DNA of 63,257 nucleotides, counting the filler, from Reticulomyxa filosa (lineage: Eukaryota > Protista > Foraminifera), in the NCBI GenBank assembly GCA_000512085.1. It is 19 parts of 19 records of this genome, joined end to end, with 100 filler letters (N's around TTAATTAATTAA, not from the genome) between each part and the next. Parts side by side here need not be neighbours in the genome. Positions count along the whole stretch, not along the records: positions 58,455 to 59,703 come from ASPP01035251.1; positions 59,804 to 61,280 come from ASPP01038606.1; positions 61,381 to 63,257 come from ASPP01043269.1; 16 more parts are not named here. The stretch is one strand, 5' to 3'. A program made the position numbers and the translations under genes. Below the pieces are notes generated by a model, which saw only the letters and a program-made list of their open reading frames with translations, was not told the origin of the DNA and did not search any database. Every line of letters starts with the position of its first letter. Position 1 is the stretch's first letter. Positions 59,358 through 63,257 of the stretch are shown in pieces.

Positions 59358-62300
59358 TAAATTGTTATTGAATGCAATAATATGAAGTTTTTATAGTTTA
59401 TTTAAGTTGATGTTTTTGATTCAAATTTAAAAAAATAATAGCTTTTTTACAACATCAAAAAACAATTCAAATATAATTTCCATGTTTCAATCAAAGCTTT
59501 TTGAAAATCAACTCTTTTTGTTTGCCACAAATACAATATCATGCAGTGTTGTGTCTTGACTCTCTACGCAATACCAATCACCTTTTTTATTATTTCTAAT
59601 TTTGGACCGAATTTGTTGCAACATTTGATACATTGAACATTTTTTGTAATTCTCAATCATCACATCTTTCATAGTTTCACTTAATAATGAATAATTAGCA
59701 ACANNNNNNNNNNNNNNNNNNNNNNNNNNNNNNNNNNNNNNNNNNNNTTAATTAATTAANNNNNNNNNNNNNNNNNNNNNNNNNNNNNNNNNNNNNNNNN
59801 NNNAGAACTTAACATTGCAGCATTGTACAATATTTTCAAAATAACCGCAAAGTTTGAGATTGGGATTTGATTGGATTGGAGAGCGAGCGATGTTGGAAAA
59901 ATAAATCTGCCTCTGCTACCCTTACTATCTATTGCGATACGTAAACCACCCTTTTTTTCAAGAATATTTTTTCCATTTAATTTTTCTATCACAGTTATTT
60001 ACCTGAGCATTACAGCTTTGCTGGTCAATTTGTAGATAGTCGATATAATACATGATGTGGATATGATCATATTAATGGCCAACATTTTGGTTTGCAAATG
60101 ATTTGGATTTGTAACAAGAGCACTTTGGAAAATACGTATAATTTCGATTTTTAATAGCACCGACTCATTGTTGAAAATTTGCACTGTCGATGCGTATGCC
60201 ATGTCATTGTAGAATTTTAGATATTGCTCACATTTCCACACATAGTTGGCTGGTTGGTTGAGCAACGTGTCACATGATATTATCAATATATTTGTATTGC
60301 TGTGTTGATTGGAGTGTACTTGCCCGTTCGTCTCACTGCAATTTCTTGTGTTTGACACCACAAATGCATTTAATGCATGCATTGCCACTAACAACAACAA
60401 CGATTTCATGCTGCTGTTAGAATAACCACTCAATATTTTCTCATTTGTTTGCCCCCTGCTAGCAACACTGAAACGAAAGGACGTCAAACGGCAATAAAGC
60501 CACTTTAAGATAAAAATAAAAAAAGTTTGTGGTCAAGCGAATATATTTGTAAAATTTTAAATGGGTTACAAACGATTTATAGAAATGCTGAGTTGATTGG
60601 AAAATGCAATTTGTTGTTTTATATACATTCATTACAGTTCAGTGTAGAAAAAGTCTTTTTTTAATTTAAAAATCCTTTTCACTAAAAAAGATTAAACTGA
60701 TTAAAAAAAAAATAGCCTCCAATCAAAGAAAAAAAAGTTAAATGGAAAAAGCGCCGTTTCAAGATGTTCAGAGCCGCTAGGCATGCAAAGATGTACCCAC
60801 TTACAATTTTTCAATCTTTCATCCAATTAATTTCATAACATATATCGTGTGGGCTGAATTGCTTGATCATATACAGCAATGTCAAGAAATTGACAACAAT
60901 ATCTTTGCATTCTTTTGACATGTCATATCATTGAAATATCAAAAGTGTCTATGGTACACAACATACAATTTTTTGCTCTATTTTTATTTGCAAATGTAGA
61001 GAAATTGCAATACCTGTGTCGCCATTCCAATGTCTGTCTATGTGTTTGTGTATTATGTACATTACAATCGTTTTACACTTTATTTTTGATTGGGTGAGAA
61101 AAGAGGTCATTTTAAAAAAATTGATTGGTTGCTTTTTGATTTGTAGAAAAGTGAACAAAATGTGAAATTTTTTCAAAAAGATACCTGTACAACTTCAATC
61201 TCGTATGGATATGTTTGCCATTATCTCACGCGTTCTGCAGCACCACTTAAAGGAAGACTGTTCTTTGAGCCAAGTAATAANNNNNNNNNNNNNNNNNNNN
61301 NNNNNNNNNNNNNNNNNNNNNNNNTTAATTAATTAANNNNNNNNNNNNNNNNNNNNNNNNNNNNNNNNNNNNNNNNNNNNTTATTATTATTATTATCGTT
61401 GTCGTTGTTTTTCATTGTGTTGTCAACATCGCCTGTCGTGGTTGTTGTTGTAGGGGATACTATTTGCTCCGAGATTTGTTGTTGATCCAATAGAGGCCTT
61501 TGTTCATCACCAGGGATATGCTTATAATACATTCTCACTTTGTAATGAGTGGCCTGATCAATTTCAATCGCCACTTGCAAGTCAAAAAGCGCTTCCTTCC
61601 CAAAAACCTCCATTTTTCCGACTCAAAGTCTACAGTGGCGGTCAATCCCCATTGCAACATCAAAAAGCCTAATTCTTTTTTTTTTTAATAATTGTAGAAT
61701 ATTTTTGGTTAGGCTCTTTGCTTTCTTCTTTCTCTGCATCAGCAGCAGCAGCAGTATTATGATCCTTGTCAATATTATTGTCATTGTCATTGTTATTGTT
61801 ATTGTCTGGTGGACAAGGCTGCTCAAATTCGCTTGAAAGCGCAGCATCTTTTGAATGCAGATAACCAGATTGTTCTTTGCTGCGAAACAGTTCAACACCA
61901 AATCATTGAAAGTCTCTTCCGCTTTCTTTGCGGTCATAAATGCCGTCGCAATCATAAAATACTCCTCCAATATCTACTCATCAGGTAATTATATGCATCT
62001 CCCGCGGACTTGGTCATCATCGTTTCGACACTAAATGCACCTAAACATTTTTAATATTTTTTCAATGCTTTCCCAGTATACATCACAAACTACGGCCTTT
62101 TCAAAACAAATCAAAAAAAAAAAAAAGTGGCCAAAAATTTGCAAAAAAAAACCTTTTCCAGCAAATATGAATTGATAATCGCTAACAGTCGCTTGTTGCG
62201 ATTGAAATTCATTGAATATTAGATTAGACACAGCGGCCACGTTTCTTGGTTATTGTTGTCAATCGCGATGGATTCGGGGACATCCTTTTTTTCTTTTGCC

Positions 62301-63257
62301 ATCTCTTCACGACCCAGTTATATTTGCATTTGCATTTGCATTTGCATTTGCATTTGTATTTGTATTGTCCGCGTTATTGATCGTCTCGGTAACTGATACA
62401 TTTTTCTCAAAGGGGTCTTTGCTTCTGCTGGCGACATTGAAGCGGTTTGAAAGTTGTTGATCAATGCTTCCAGATCATGATAAAAATTTCCATACATTTT
62501 CTTTTACAAAAATTTTAGCTAGTAACAATGCGGTCCAAATCAAAATCATCTTTCCTTTGTTTCATCAGATAGTCAATAGTGTTTGTTGAGTCTGGTTTCG
62601 AATTTGCATTTTGTGTGATTTGTTTGAGCAGCCATTCCATCACTTCGAGCTAGTGCGAAGCAATCACATAATGAATCATTGTTCCATTCGTGGAGTTCGA
62701 AATAACTCACACTTTCAAAAGCTCCATTTCTGACCAGCTCCAATGCAATCATTTTCTCGAATAAATCTTCAACCACTTATCGACTCAGTGATGCTCGCTT
62801 TTGATTCTTTGTTGAATCTCCGATAGCCATTGATTTAGTGATGATTACTGCGCTACTGAAGGAACTATGGACTTTTCTTGTTCAATGTGAACCTCTTTTC
62901 TTTGAGAGAAACGTTGGAAAGTTCAACCCGCTCGAACTTGCTGTTCATTGCTTTTACACGCTTTGGTGCACCTTCGCCGAAAATCAGAATAATGCAAGTA
63001 ACGCTTTATTAGGCTCTGCAGACTGGTTAGCACACATTCATACAATACTATATTGTTGTCAAAGTAAATCGAAAGATGGTTGGATATTTTTATTTCAAAG
63101 AGTCACACGATGTCGTCATTTAAGTGTCAAAAATTCTTACTTGACAAAGATGCAACTTGAAAAAGTCGGGTAATAATATTTTTACATCAGAATCGTTTTA
63201 TTTGAAATTTCTTCAAAAAAAACTTAATAATAAAGTTTTGTTTCAAAAAAAAAAAAT

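Noticed and set aside
59804-63257. Fragmentary ORFs on the last two contigs
   Set aside because: The composition looks coding-like, but I could not build a consistent exon model or recognise a family.

Overview
This window is not one locus. It is a concatenation of 19 short contigs joined by artificial ~100-nt spacers (N-run + TTAATTAATTAA all-frame stop + N-run). Eighteen contigs come from a very AT-rich, intron-containing, microsatellite- and pseudogene-rich eukaryote. My inference from sequence style is a foraminiferan/rhizarian such as Reticulomyxa; this is not confirmed by any search. These contigs carry fragments or complete copies of: choline/ethanolamine kinase, a CCR4/nocturnin-type EEP nuclease, organellar IF2, a WD40 protein, a triple zinc-knuckle protein, an M20D amidohydrolase, a sulfotransferase, G-alpha, a TBC Rab-GAP, an RRM protein, multi-TM proteins and a Cys-rich secreted protein. 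They also hold a decayed multi-CAP-Gly gene, a kinesin remnant, a LINE 3' end and three decayed copies of one Tc1-like DNA transposon family. One contig (49150-57159) is bacterial, most likely a Rickettsiales-like alphaproteobacterial symbiont. It is bounded by two inverted IS1-family ends and contains pyrE, hslV (without hslU), phaR, a PhaE-like ORF that overlaps a small PhaC-like synthase, thiN, a DMT transporter, a TetR regulator and a tandem array of three outer-membrane beta-barrel paralogs. The most promising novel element is the compact divergent phaR / PhaE-like / PhaC-like module with an apparent long dual-coding overlap.
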